A stretch of DNA of 64,000 bases from Camelus ferus (lineage: Eukaryota): the NCBI RefSeq assembly GCF_009834535.1, contig NC_045696.1, positions 96,536,001 to 96,600,000 on the forward strand, written 5' to 3'. The notes under the pieces were generated by a model. The model saw only the letters and a list, made by a program, of their open reading frames with translations, had not been told where the DNA came from and searched no databases. Position 1 is the stretch's first letter; each line of letters starts with the position of its first letter. This document shows, one piece after another, positions 26,751 to 38,269 of this stretch. A program made the translations under genes and the position numbers.

Positions 26751-26799
26751 GTCCTGCACACAACAGTGGGGTGGGGCAGGAGAGGGGACCACTCTGAAG

Positions 26800-27010
26800 C
26801 TCTCCTGATTACAGGGCACTTTTACAGTTGTTATTAAATTTCTTCCTCAGAACAATCCTGAAAAAAAGCAGAGATAATAATCTCCATTTTCAGTTGAAGA
26901 AATAGGTTCAGAGTAGGTAAGCAGTTTGCCCTAAGTCACCCAGCCTGCAGTTAAAAGCCAAACACAGAACTCCTGACTCCTATCTTAGTATTTCCTCTGC
27001 TATATCCTGC
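26800..27010 (-). mobile_element. MIR SINE
   Basis: ctccattttcagttgaagaaataggttcagagtaggtaagcagtttgccctaagtcacccagc. Confidence 0.7.
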
Positions 27011-27503
27011 AGCCTCCACTCACCTCAAGACAGGCTTAGCAATTAGTTATTTACCCATGGAATTGTCTGAACAAGGATAGAGGAAGATCAGGAGAAGATT
27101 CTTAGTACTATAACCTGATCACATTATCTTGCCGACAACTTTGGCTATGAATGAAATGCTGCCCTCCATTCAATTTAATTCATGCAACACTCACCGAATG
27201 TGTGCTATGAGTCAGCAGACCCTGTGCCAGGCAGGAATTCGGGGCTTACTTTAGTTCACAAACTTAACTATGAAAACTTTCAGGCGAACAGAAAAGTTGA
27301 AAGAATGATAGAGTGAACCCTCCTATCCCCTCCATCTTCACTGCACAAGTATTAACCTTGTGCCACCTGCTCTCTCCACATATATATTTTGTAAACTAAG
27401 TGAGCATAAATTGCAGACATCATGATACTTCACCTTAAATATTTCAACATGTTATCTTCTAAGAACAAAGATGTTTTGGTACACACCCTTAATAACTCAT
27501 ACT

Positions 27504-28235
27504 TGTGACCGTCAGTTTTATGTGTCAACTTGGCCACAGTCCCTAGCTACTCGATAAAACACTAATACAGGTGCTACTGTGAAGACAGTTTGCAGGTATG
27601 ATTAAAATCCATGGTCAGTTATTTTAAGCACGAGAGAGATCATCCTAGATATGGTGGGTCTGATTCAATCAGTTGAAAACCCTTAAGAAACACAGCTAAG
27701 GCTTCCTGGGAGAAGATATTCCACCTGTAGGCATGTCTTACCCTGTGCCCGAGAGTTTCCGCCTGCCCTGACATTTCAGAATTGCTGTCTTTGTCTTTTT
27801 GGGCTGCTGTAGCAAAAATACCACAAACTGGGTGGCTTAAACAGACATTTATTTCTCACAGTTCTGGAGGCTGGGAAGTCTAAGATCAAAGTGCCAGTAG
27901 ATTTGGTTTCTGGTGAGAGCTCGCTTCCTGGTTCATAGACAATCATCTTCTTGCTGTGTCCTCGCATGGGCAAGAGAGATCCCTGGGGTCTCTCTTATGA
28001 GGGCTTTAATCCCATTCCTGAGGGCTGCGCTCTCATGACCTCATCACCTCCCAAAGGCCCCTCCTCCAAATACCATCATCACCTTGTAGGTTTCAACATA
28101 TGCTTTGGAGGGACACTCACATTCGGTTGATAACACTTGCCTTACTAGCCCCACAATCACATAAGCCAATTCTGTGTAATAAATGTCTTAATGTGAAGCT
28201 CCCACTCTTCTGTCTAATTAACCCCAACTGACACA
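27504..28235 (+). mobile_element. ERVL LTR (MLT2-type), interrupted by MLT1A
   Basis: tgtgaccgtcagttttatgtgtcaacttggc ... ctagccccacaatcacataagccaattc...aataaa...ctgacaca. Confidence 0.8.
27786..28135 (-). mobile_element. MaLR solo LTR (MLT1A-like)
   Basis: gggctgctgtagcaaaaataccacaaactgggtggctt...ttctggaggctgggaagtc...ataaca. TSD attgc/cttgc. Confidence 0.9.
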
Positions 28236-28279
28236 TAAACTAAGAAAATTAACATTATGCCCATAGTCTCATTCTTTAT

Positions 28280-28455
28280 TAATGATTCTTAACCTGAGGT
28301 CATAGGATTTAAGAATTTAAGAATCAGGGAAGAGCCTGAGACTGTAGGAAAAATTTGGAATGTTCATACATTTTGTGAACTTTTCTGGGGAAAGACTATT
28401 CTCATCAAATCCTTAAAAAGTGCATTATACACTCAAAATGACCAAGAGTCACTGC
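28280..28455. mobile_element. hAT-Charlie MITE (MER103-like)
   Basis: Terminal similarity between aatgattcttaacctgaggtc and ttttctggggaaag...ccaagagtcactg. Confidence 0.45.
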
Positions 28456-29251
28456 ATTAAACGCATCTTTCTAGCTCCATAAATCTGGTAGCAGTGACAA
28501 CAGAAGGAATGGAGGCAGCTGGCTTTAAATGAGACCCAAGTGAATGCCTATTTTGAAAGACATCTGATTGTGATGGGAAATAGCCAACAACCCAGTAGTG
28601 GTTCCAGAGTTTCATTCTCTTTAGTTCACCGTGGCCCAAGGTATTTACAATATGTTTCAAACCTCTTAAAGACAAGGACGAAGGGAGTGTCTGCAAGTTT
28701 CACTGTTAGTGGCTTAAGCACAGAGTAACTGAAATTGAGCCGTCTTGATGGAGGCAAGTATGGAGACAAAGAAGTACAATAAGGTTTTGCATGTAATTTT
28801 GATCACAGCCCTTTTTAATACATATTTGGCCTAAAAAGCTGAACAATAAGCTAGTCCTTCAGCCAGCATTCCTACTTGCCGAGATTATAAAGTAGAATGT
28901 AACAGAAATGTCTGTTATCAACGGTGGGAAAGAGGGGAGCAGTTGTTAACTAACCAAGTTGGAAGGTGCAGAGTGATGTCAGTCAAGGTTACAGAAAGCA
29001 GATAAACTTTTTTAAAGGTTTTTCAACCAAAGTAGCACATTCTCAAGGAAGGATTATTTTCCCCTTACTTTCAATTTCATTAAGTCCCTATAAGAGAACA
29101 GTGTCTTACATATAGGAATTCTACCCAGTTACAAAGCCTAACTTGCAAGAGCCCAACACCCGTCTTGTGCAGCAGGAAGTCACTGCCCGTGACAGGGCAG
29201 GAAAGAGCAGGGCAGAATCATCCCCTGGAAACGTGCCCCTCTCTGAGCAGG

Positions 29252-29801
29252 TGTTGCAGGAAAATGGGGCATGAGAGGATGATCATGTCCCAGGTCCCGG
29301 GCGAGTCCCTAGGACGCGCCCCGCCAAGTGAGAGTCCTTGGCTTTACACAGGAAAGAATTCAAGACTGAGCCACAGTAAAGTGAAAGCAAGTTTATTTAG
29401 AGAGATACACACTCCACAGATGGAATGCAGTCTGTCTCAAAAGGGACAGTGGCCCCAGGGTTAGGGGGCGGTTAGTTTTTATGGGCTGGGTAACTTCATA
29501 GGCTAACAAGTGGGAGGATTATTCCAACTGTTTTGGAGAAGGGGGCGGGGATTTCCAGGAATTGGGCCATTGCCCACTTTTGGGCCTTTTATGGTCAGCC
29601 TGGGAACCGTCATATCACCTGCGGGTGTGCCATTTAGCATGCAAATGTATTAAAATGAGCACATAATGAGGCGCAAGGTCTTCTGGGAGTTGAACCTTCT
29701 GCTTTCTTGAGCCTAGTTGGCTCTAACCAGTATTTGTCCTATCCTCAAGGGCTGTGTCATTCTTTTAATCGTTGTGCCCTGCCCCCCTGACTCCTGTCTC
29801 A
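29252..29801 (-). mobile_element. ERV1-class solo LTR (MER41/MER4-group-like)
   Basis: TG...CA ends and a 4-bp TSD cagg/tagg. Minus-strand AATAAA (29392-97) and TATA-like cataaaaa. Body caggaaagaattcaag...aagtgaaagcaagtttatt. Confidence 0.85.
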
Positions 29802-30269
29802 TAGGAAGGGGTAAGTGTCTCTCCCTCTGTTGGCTCCTTTATCCACAGGCTAAAACAGGCCCAGATCCTGGGCCAATCCATGTCTGGACAAACAGCCAGC
29901 AGCTCCAGGTACACTGACCCATGGTCAGGGTTGTAAAGCTGTCTGTTATTGCCAGAATGTGCCCTGGGCCCAGGTGAAAGTTCCAGCTGTTTCCCCACCA
30001 CCACCACCCCAACCCCGCCCCTGTGAGCTGGCCAGTTCCACAACCCCAACATTTTCCTTTGTTTCCTTACTTATGATTCAAATTCCCACCTGGGACTACA
30101 ACTTTCTCCCAAATACCCAAGTTAATCCCACATAAAGGGATAGCAGGGTGCTGATCTGAGAAGGAAATTCCATTCCAGAATTTGATACACATTTATACCA
30201 ATCTTCATTCTTGGGTTTGGGGAGGAGTTAGTGAATTTTCTGAATTCTTAGATCAAAGTATGGGTCCCT

Positions 30270-30389
30270 ATGGTAAAGGAGAATATGAAAAAGAATATAT
30301 GTATGTTCCTATATGACTGAAGTATTGTGCTGTGCACCGGAAATTGACACAACACTGTAGACTGACCATACTTCAATTTTAAAAAAAAA
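30270..30389 (+). mobile_element. Lineage-specific L1 3' end (very short)
   Basis: gaaaaagaatatat...tgctgtgcaccggaaattgacacaacactgtagactgaccatacttcaa followed by an A tail. Confidence 0.8.
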
Positions 30390-30606
30390 GTGTAAATGGG
30401 ACCAGTGGAGAAAATGTGAAGACTGCCAAGAGGAATTCAAGGATTCTCCAGGGTCAAGATGCCTTAGTGCCACCGCTTCCTGCCTGCCACTGAGAAAGCC
30501 AAGAGAGTTGAAACTCAACAATAAAAAAGAAGTAAATAAGAGAAATTTAAAAGATAGTTTAAAAATCATAAAAAGGAAAAAAAAACTATAAGATAATGGA
30601 GGGGGA

Positions 30607-30765
30607 CCTATGGTATAGCACCGGGAACTATATTCAGTATCTTGAAGTAACCTATAATGAAAAAGAATATGTATATATGACTGAATCACTATGCTGTACA
30701 CCAGAAGCTAACACAACATTGTAAATCAACCATACTTATAAATGCATACATACATACATACATAA
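30607..30765 (+). mobile_element. Lineage-specific L1 3' end with (TACA)n tail
   Basis: Perfect 14-bp TSD ataatggaggggga at 30593-30606 and 30766-30779. Confidence 0.92.
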
Positions 30766-30880
30766 ATAATGGAGGGGGAAAACAAAAAATAAAAGCAATG
30801 AGAGAAAATGAGATTAAATAAATTTAAGCTAAGAAAAATGTCAATGTGAACTAAAAGAAAGTCACATAAAAAAAGAAAAG

Positions 30881-31460
30881 TGTAGGGGAGGAAAAATGTT
30901 TTTCCTCCGTCTTCCTAGGTTCTCTGGGTAAGCCCTGCAAACAAGTCTCTGACAAGACAGATGAACAAGAGAAAAACAAAGGGAAGTTTATGAACACGTG
31001 CACTATACGTACACATGGGAGTATTCAGTGATAAGTAACTGGAAATGGTGGTTAGACCTTGGACTTACATAACATCTGAACAAAAGAACAGTGTATTTTT
31101 AGAGAAATGACAAGACAAAGGGAAAAGACTTTGAGCTTCTAGGGCAGCAAATTGTGGGAGGGTAAGCAGATGGGGAAACTAACGGAGATAAGGACCAGTT
31201 AGTAAGGTTTGGTGTACAGCTTCCTCTGGTGCTGCCTCTGGGCTGCTCAGTGTCTAGCGTTGTCTCTGGTGAGTAACTTCTGTTCTTCGTGGTAGAGAAA
31301 GGAGAGGGGACACCTTTACAGATGTATCTCCTGCTTTTAGGGAAACAGTGGGAGGGCAGAGAGCTTTTCTTATACTTGCCTCTTCTCAATTGTCTTCAGC
31401 TCAAAATAATCTTTATACCAAAGTGGCCTATTTTGGGGTAGTGTGTTCTGGTACCCTTCA
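30881..31460 (-). mobile_element. ERV1-class solo LTR (MER34/MER39-like)
   Basis: tgtaggggaggaaaa...cagctcaaaataatctttataccaaagtggcctattttgggg...cccttca. 4-bp TSD aaag/aaag. Confidence 0.85.
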
Positions 31461-31654
31461 AAAGCAGTCATGACTGTTAAGACACAGAAGAAGAGGGATC
31501 AAGTATGTAAAAGATAACACCATGAAATAAACTGTAATCTGAATAAATTTCAGCCTCTGACCTTAGGGTTGAACAGCGTGGAGTTGCTCCCAAAAGAAAC
31601 CCAAGTTTGCCAGTAGATGGAATAAGAAAAAAATAGAAGTCATTGCTGAAAGCG

Positions 31655-31696
31655 TGTGGGGATGAATGACAGTGCTGTGAGGATGAATGACAGTGC
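31655..31696. repeat. 21-bp tandem duplication
   Basis: tgtggggatgaatgacagtgc followed by tgtgaggatgaatgacagtgc (1 mismatch). Confidence 0.9.
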
Positions 31697-32297
31697 ACTG
31701 GCCAGCAGGACGAGTCTCTAAAAGCCCTTTCTGGATGCATTTCATTGCTCAACAGCCCACCTCTGAGCAGTTGTTAGAAATTCCATCACTATCCTCCACG
31801 TGGCCCCCATAACACCAGGCCGCTCTCCTGTTTCCTCCTTTCCTGAGGTACACTGCCCATGCACGGCCTCCTGCGAAAAGCCATACAGCTTGCCAACTGA
31901 CCACTCTTCCCCTGAGACCTGCCACATGTCCCCTGTTCTGATCATTTTTCTTAAAAGGAGCAACACACCCCCAATCTGGAATTCTAGTAAATTAGACTTC
32001 CTTTATAACATGTAGAGGATACTGCAAGAATAGAAAGTATTTAAGAGGCTAGGAGGAGGGAAATTGACCCTATAGAATATTTTAAACTCCAATGGCAGAG
32101 CTGGAGTGGTTCAAGATATTGCACTAACCATATAGGTCCTGGTATCTCTGCCTGGCTACCTAGAGGTTGCGCCAAGCTGGGGCTTAGGGAAATATGGAGA
32201 CAGACAAGTGAAGGAGGCCTGGGAGCTGTAATTGGTCGTTATCTCAATAGGAACTGACAAGGCAAAGAAAGTACTTAAAAGGAAAAAATAGACGATG

Positions 32298-32890
32298 TGT
32301 AGTTACGCCAACGTGCCAAATGGGGTCCATCCCCTGCGCCAGCTCCAATCAGCCAGGCGTGGCTGCCTGGAGCGCCGTGTTGAACATCGTGAGCCCACAT
32401 GCGGGCTCAGCAGGAAGGAGTGCCGGGATTGATTAGCAATGCCAGCCATCAGGGCAACTGGCAGGAGGCGCTGGGCACACAGCGCCCTGCTGGCCCTGGG
32501 CCTGGAAGCCAGCTCTCGGGAGGAAAGCCGTGTTGTACCAGATGTGGTCAGGTTCAGAAAGTCATAAACTGAAAGGCCTGCAGGAGCCAAGCAGGTACCA
32601 GGAAAGAAAAATGCAAGCAGGAGGGGCCTGTGCCTGTGTGTGTGGAGAGCACATGGCAAATAGGAGATTTCTGGCAGCAAACAGAGAAACCCAGCTCAGC
32701 CGGCCTGAATGATGCGGAACCGTCCGAGACGACAGTTTGTGAATACAGTTCCACCTGACGAGACTTTGAGAGGCGGGCTGAGCCAGATGTGCTACAGGGA
32801 AGAGTCTAGCTCTACTTCCCACTCTTCCCTTGGCTCTTCCCTCATCGATGTTGATGTCCGTCACAGCGGCCTTATACCCCCTGCCCAAGA
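32298..32890. mobile_element. Ancient LTR (MamGypLTR-like)
   Basis: ccaatcagccaggcgtggctgcctggagcgccgtgttga...ggattgattagcaatg resembles Gypsy-type mammalian LTRs. Unusually CpG-rich. Confidence 0.5.
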
Positions 32891-33204
32891 CTGCTTTAGG
32901 AACCCAGGCTTAACCCATCAGTAACTGTCACTCCCCAGGCTGGTCCAGGGGTGGGCCTATGATTCTAATGGCCAACTAGACTGCAGGGAATACCCTATTT
33001 CATGCTTGAGGGAGAGGTTTTCCTTCCCTATCCATGGATGTGAACAAGGAAGATTATTGACCAGTCGTTGCTGACTGTCACTAGCAACCACGGGAGAAAG
33101 TTATCCTGAGGTCATTTCCACATGGAGGAGGGAGAAGTGGAGAGAGAAGTGGGAAATAAAGGCGGAACCCTCAGCTGTAGCACATCAGGTTAACCATGCC
33201 TCCC

Positions 33205-33587
33205 CAAGTCTGACATGGGTCTCACTGGGCTAAGATCAGGATATCAGTAGGGCTGCGTTCCTTCTGGGGATTCTAGAGGAGAATTATTTTCTCTTCCAGC
33301 TTCTAGAAGCTTCCTGCATTCCTTGGCTCACAGCCCTCTCCTCCATCCTCAAAGCCAGCAATGTTGCATCTCTCTGACCATTTTCCATAGTCACATCTGA
33401 CTACAGCCAGGAAAGAGTATCTACTTTTAAAGACCCATGTCATTATATTAGGCCCACCTTCATGATGGGTAATCTACCCTTCTCAAAACCCTTAACTGAA
33501 TCACTTTTGCCACGTAAGATAATATAGACACAGATTCCAGTGTCTGGATGTGGAGCACTTTGGAAGGACATTATTCTGCCTATAAGA
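33205..33587 (-). mobile_element. MaLR LTR (MLT1C/D-like)
   Basis: gggctgcgttccttctgggg...ttccagcttctagaag...cattccttggctc...cattattctgcct. Confidence 0.8.
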
Positions 33588-33750
33588 CCGCCTCATCATT
33601 TCCTCAGGCCCAGATTCACACTTTGTGGCTGCATATTTCCAAACTGTACATAGAAGTCAAGAACGTTAGGGGAAAAAAAAAGAAAGGATTCCCCAGGAAT
33701 AAAAAGGAAAAATAAAGTGAACACAGCAATATGTTCTATTTGATGGGTAA

Positions 33751-33837
33751 CAATCTCTCCCTGGATTAAATGACGAACAAAAAGGGTCCACAGGTTGTCT
33801 TTAACCAAAAGAAAGCTAAGCAAAACCCAAATTAAAC
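33751..33837. repeat. Copy 1 of an unassigned ~90-bp duplicated element
   Basis: Aligns to 35721-35810 with 76/91 identical columns; flanks unrelated. Confidence 0.9.
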
Positions 33838-34399
33838 TGCACGGGTTTCCTTGAAGTCTTTGGAGAGCTGACAGTATGAAAGAGAGGTTGCAGGTGAGAT
33901 TATATTTCTTATAACCCCAAGGACACAATCACTTTTATGTCAAGCTGGAAATGAAATAAAATGCTGGCTTCGGGAAAATTGTCAGATCAAGGAGAACGTC
34001 TTGACCGGACAATGAGAAAATATATAACTCTTCAGTCACCTCCTCAATCCTTTTAACTCTGGGGACTGTCATTCAATAGCTAACCCAGTCATGGAAATGA
34101 ACTCATCCAGTCAAAAGGAAAGTGTCTGCCTGACGATGATCAGCAGAGGGTCTGGCTACAATTAAAAGCATTTGCTCCTTCTAGGCTCAGCTACTCAACA
34201 GAGAAGGAGGGGAGGGGTGAAAACATCAAATAAAAGAAGCAGTAAGGAGTTTTGTCAGCCACATCTTTTTTAATAGCAACCTGTACAGGGGATTGAATAC
34301 AGGGAATCTGGGCTCAGCAGACCTGCTTGGCTGTTAACCAGTTGTTAAGACTTTAGTCAATGGCCTTAACTTTTTAGGGACCGTGTTTCCTCATCTGAT

Positions 34400-35110
34400 T
34401 TTTTTAAAAAATTCTAAATGTATTTATATGTACCCTATTTGTAATATGTGTTAAAGAAAAAATTCATAATACTCCCAACCCATGCATGCACACACACCCC
34501 TCCTCTTATCCCACCCCCAAAGGTCAAAAGCCTCATGGGTACCCTCCCATATCTTTCATCATGCTTGTGTACAAACATTTATTCCTACTGAGAGAGTTTG
34601 AATTTTTTGTTCTCATAAAACTGAATTCTGCTATGTTCAAGACTCTACAATTTCCTTTTTTCACTCAATTTACCACGGATATCCTCTAGAACAACTCACA
34701 CAAATCTAATTCAATCATTTACACTCACTTCAATTGAAATTATGAATATACCAAATTATATTTATGCCAAAATATATTCTACTGACATTCAATTACGTTT
34801 TGTTTTGCCACTAAAAAGTGGGCAACAAGCACCCCTGATTATTTGTGACATTCTCCCGCTTTCATATCTGAAGACTAAAGTCCCCAAAATGAGATCTGAG
34901 GCAACAATATGCATTTCTTCTTTTAATAGGTATTATTATACCACCTTCCCAAAGATAGTAACAATACGTATTCCTAGCTGCAACAGATGAGGAAGCCTGG
35001 TTTTCCCTCCCCACCAGCACTGAAAGTTATAGCCTTTTTCATTTTTGCCACTTGATGAGGAAAACACGGTGTCTCATGTTGCTTAATTTGCATTTCTGAA
35101 TGCTGCTAAG
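34400..35110 (-). mobile_element. Old L1 (L1ME/HAL1-like), antisense
   Basis: ccccaccagcactg...atttttgccacttgatgaggaaaacacggtgtctcatgttgcttaatttgcatttc. Confidence 0.6.
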
Positions 35111-35720
35111 GGGATTCACCTTACTTGTCAGTAAACTTTAGTACACAGCTCAGACTTTTACTGTGAACAGACAATATGCTCATGAAAAAACTAGAGGCAC
35201 TGGACTAAATCTCTAGCAATATAACATGTAATAGTTGTCTGGAGCACCATTTTAGCCAGAAACCAATCAGTGCCTGAAGCCAGTCCAAGGTTTGGCCACT
35301 GTGCAATCAGACCTTGACCACACTTGAAGGAAGACTCTGGAAAAATTGGCAGAGACATCTAAACTGCAAACACCACCACCACAGGGCCGGAAGAGGTGAC
35401 TGCCAAGTTCAACAGAAACTTGTTTTTGACACCTAGGCATTGCCAGACAAGAACAGAGGCAAAGGTGACAGTGACTACTTGAAGCGCTGGACTGAGAAGC
35501 ATTACGAGGCCAATGGAGGCCCAGGAGAACACTGAACAACATGTGCCATGTGTACCACAACCTAGAAGGGCCGTGTCCCTCCCTGGTGGGGAGCCCTGGT
35601 GCTGTCCCCAAGTGGGAGGGTGTGGCACTGGCGCCTGGGGCTCACAGGTGACCGGAGCGCTTTGATCTGGGTCGCAGGAAAGACGGCACCCTCATCACCA
35701 GCCGCCTGGTCCCTCCTCCT

Positions 35721-35810
35721 CAATCTCTCCCTGATTAAATGATGAACTATTCAAAAGGGTCCTCAAGTTAAGTTTAACCTAAAGAAAGCAGAGCAAAACC
35801 CAAATTAAAC
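35721..35810. repeat. Copy 2 of the unassigned ~90-bp duplicated element
   Basis: Shares the perfect blocks CAATCTCTCCCTG, ATTAAATGA, AAAAGGGTCC, TTTAACC, AAAGAAAGC and AGCAAAACCCAAATTAAAC with copy 1. Confidence 0.9.
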
Positions 35811-36255
35811 CACACAGGCGCTGCAGGGGTCAGCATAATCCCACTCCTTTCCTGCCAGCCCTCCTCTTCCTTGACTCTTTCTTATTTTATCCAGAAGTCA
35901 CCTGAATAAAAATGTTGTGGGAAGTGGAGAGAATGTGGCCATTTTCTGCACCCTAAATCCACCAGGGATGGCCAGACAGGGCTGGTAAGGGGGAAATTAA
36001 ATGATACTCAAAAATCTGCACAGAAGAGAAATTGTAGGCAGAATGACAGACATAAAATCTATGGTTCTCTTCAGAGAATCTGCTTTCAAACCAGGAAGAA
36101 AAGAAAAACTTTTAAGTTTAGCACAGCTGTATTTCAGGTCCCTCCAGGAACGGTGAACATCTTTCTCTCTTGGAAAACTCCAGCTGACCAGGCACCTCTC
36201 CTCCCCCAACCTCTTCTCCTTCTCCCGAGAACTGCCTCTCTGATCAGGGCGCCGC

Positions 36256-36272
36256 CTGACCCCTAGTGGCCA
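36256..36272 (-). promoter_or_regulatory. Candidate CTCF site (reverse)
   Basis: Reverse complement TGGCCACTAGGGGTCAG: 13/14 core match plus the TGG prefix. Confidence 0.4.
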
Positions 36273-37079
36273 CACGGCCTTCAGCCACACCAGATGAGCT
36301 GTCTTTACTTGATGGCTAGTCAAAATTCTAATTTGCCGAAAGGTAAGCGGCATTTCCTTTGAAAACACTGATGTTTGTAAATTACCACAGTCATGGGTCC
36401 CCGACTTTAAGAAGGGTGTCAAAACAAGTAAACTTCAGAGAAATTACCAGAGAGGCCTAAACATCAAAGAACACAAGCAATCCTTTGACTGTGACAACAC
36501 TACATGGCATTTCTCTTGAATCGATTTTCTCCGTGACCGTAGAAAACTCAGGTTCCAAAGCTTTGAAGTCTGCCTTTTAAAAAAGGAGTACAGAATTGCA
36601 TCCAACATAAGGAAGTGTCCACGTGTCCACACAGACATCTGAACCCACCTTGCTGAGGCTTGGGGAAATAAGAACCCCTAGAAACCAGGATATTTTCAGT
36701 CCTGAAGAGCGGGTGTGTCTTGTGGCTGATGCTAAATTAGTTCTAGACGGTGGGGAAATGCAATAGGAGTTTGTGGGGTTGTGAAATATTTTAGTTCCTA
36801 GCCTATGTCATGAAGCACTTGGCAAGGGGTGGAAAGAAACTGAAAACTAAGGCAAACTGTTGTGACTGAACCACACTGAGGTCTGCTCCAGAGTCTCTAC
36901 CCCCAGACTGCACCCTGCTCTGGTCAGATCTGACTCAGGATGGGATGGGCTGAGCCTCCAGTAGAAGAGTCCCAGAAGCGGCAGAGGAAGAAATCTAGGC
37001 ACGGCAGGGTTCCCCAGTCTTCACACACTCACACACACACACAACTGGACTCAAGTCCCAAATTGTTCTCAAAAGGAGG

Positions 37080-38155
37080 ATGACTCCATTTCAAAAAAAG
37101 GGCAAAAGATCTGGACTGACATCTGACCAAAGACAGTATGTGGGTGGCAAATAAGTGTATGAAAAGATGCTCAATACCATTTATCATTAGGGAATGGCAA
37201 CATAATAAATAAAGTAGTATTGGACCGTATCCCCCAGTATAAAGTAAATATCCATGAGTCTACATTGATATAAATAAGTAGTGGAGCAAATAAATTAGGA
37301 AGAATAGATGAAGAATCCCAAATAATCTATGTAAATATTCCCTGGTCAAGGAGGCAGAACACAATTTCTCACTCCTTTTTTTTTTGTATTGATGTATAGT
37401 TGATTCACAATGTTGCATTAGTTTTAGGTGTACAGCAAAATGATTCAGTTATGTATATATATTCTTTTTCATATTCTTTTCCATTATGGCTTATTACAGG
37501 ATATCAAATATAGTTCCCAACAGCTTCCCACTCCTAAAGCGTGGGCTGCATGTAGTGAATTCCTTCCTAAGAGCACAGTAGGGAAAGGAAGAGACAGGAT
37601 GTGTAACGTTACAGTGGAGAAACCTGACAATCCTATCGAAAGCAAGTGATGGAGGTTAGCATCTGTGGTGACAAGTCACGTAGATAGTATGTACCCTCGA
37701 TAGGAGGTGATGCAAATGGCACTTCACCTCTGTGACCTTCCTCCCCAAACCCATAAGCCCAGTCTAACCATGAGCAAAACATCAGACAAATCCCAGTTGA
37801 GGGACATTCTGGAGAAATCCTGACCCAAACTTGTCAAATCATCAAAAACAAGGGAAGTTTGAGAGACTATCATGGCCTGGAGGAGCCTAGGGAGGCATGA
37901 CAGCTAATGGTCATGCGGTCTCCCTGACAAAATCCAGGAACAGAAAAAAGGACATTAGATAAAAACATAGACTTTAAATTAATAATAATGTGTTAATATC
38001 GGTCCACTAATTGTGACAAATATGCTTCATATTAATATATTGATCGTACAGGAAACTGGATTTAGGGTATATGATAAGTCTCTTCTATCTTTGCAATTTT
38101 CTTTAAATTTAAAATTTTTCCATAATTAAAAAAAAAAAATTTTATTTAAAAAAAA
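37080..38155 (+). mobile_element. L1 (L1MC/MD-like) ORF2 end and 3' UTR
   Basis: atgaaaagatgctcaa...cattagggaatg; acagtggagaaacctgacaa; aaaacatcagacaaatcccagttgagggacattct; A-rich end. Confidence 0.85.
37377..37519 (-). mobile_element. Lineage-specific L1 3' end inserted into the older L1
   Basis: TSD acaatttctcactcct (37361-76) / acagcttcccactcct (37520-35). Confidence 0.85.
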
Positions 38156-38157
38156 AG

Positions 38158-38269
38158 TAGATGAGCAACTCATGCTGGTTGGCCCAGGACTTCCCCGGTT
38201 TTAGTACTGGAAGCCTGGCATCCCTGGAAACCCCTCAGTCAGGGCAAAATTAGGGAGTTGGTCACCCTG
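38158..38269. mobile_element. hAT-Blackjack MITE (MER81-like)
   Basis: ggtttggcccaggacttccccggttttagtactgg...ggaaacccctcagtc...gttggtcaccct. Confidence 0.75.

Larger units (their letters stand above)
27260..28275 (-). mobile_element. Old L1 3' end (host of the nested LTRs)
   Basis: aaaactttcaggcgaacagaaaagttgaaagaat...ttgcagacatcatgatacttcacc. It resumes after the LTR as ctaagaaaattaaca. Confidence 0.6.

Noticed and set aside
31655..31696. Direct repeat as a CRISPR-like array
   Set aside because: Only two adjacent units with no spacers, in eukaryotic DNA. A simple slippage duplication.
33770..35800. C/D-box snoRNA interpretation of the duplicated element (ATGACGA / ATGATGA C-box-like motifs)
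   Set aside because: Neither copy has a conserved downstream CTGA D box or terminal stem. Left as a weak alternative pending an Rfam search.
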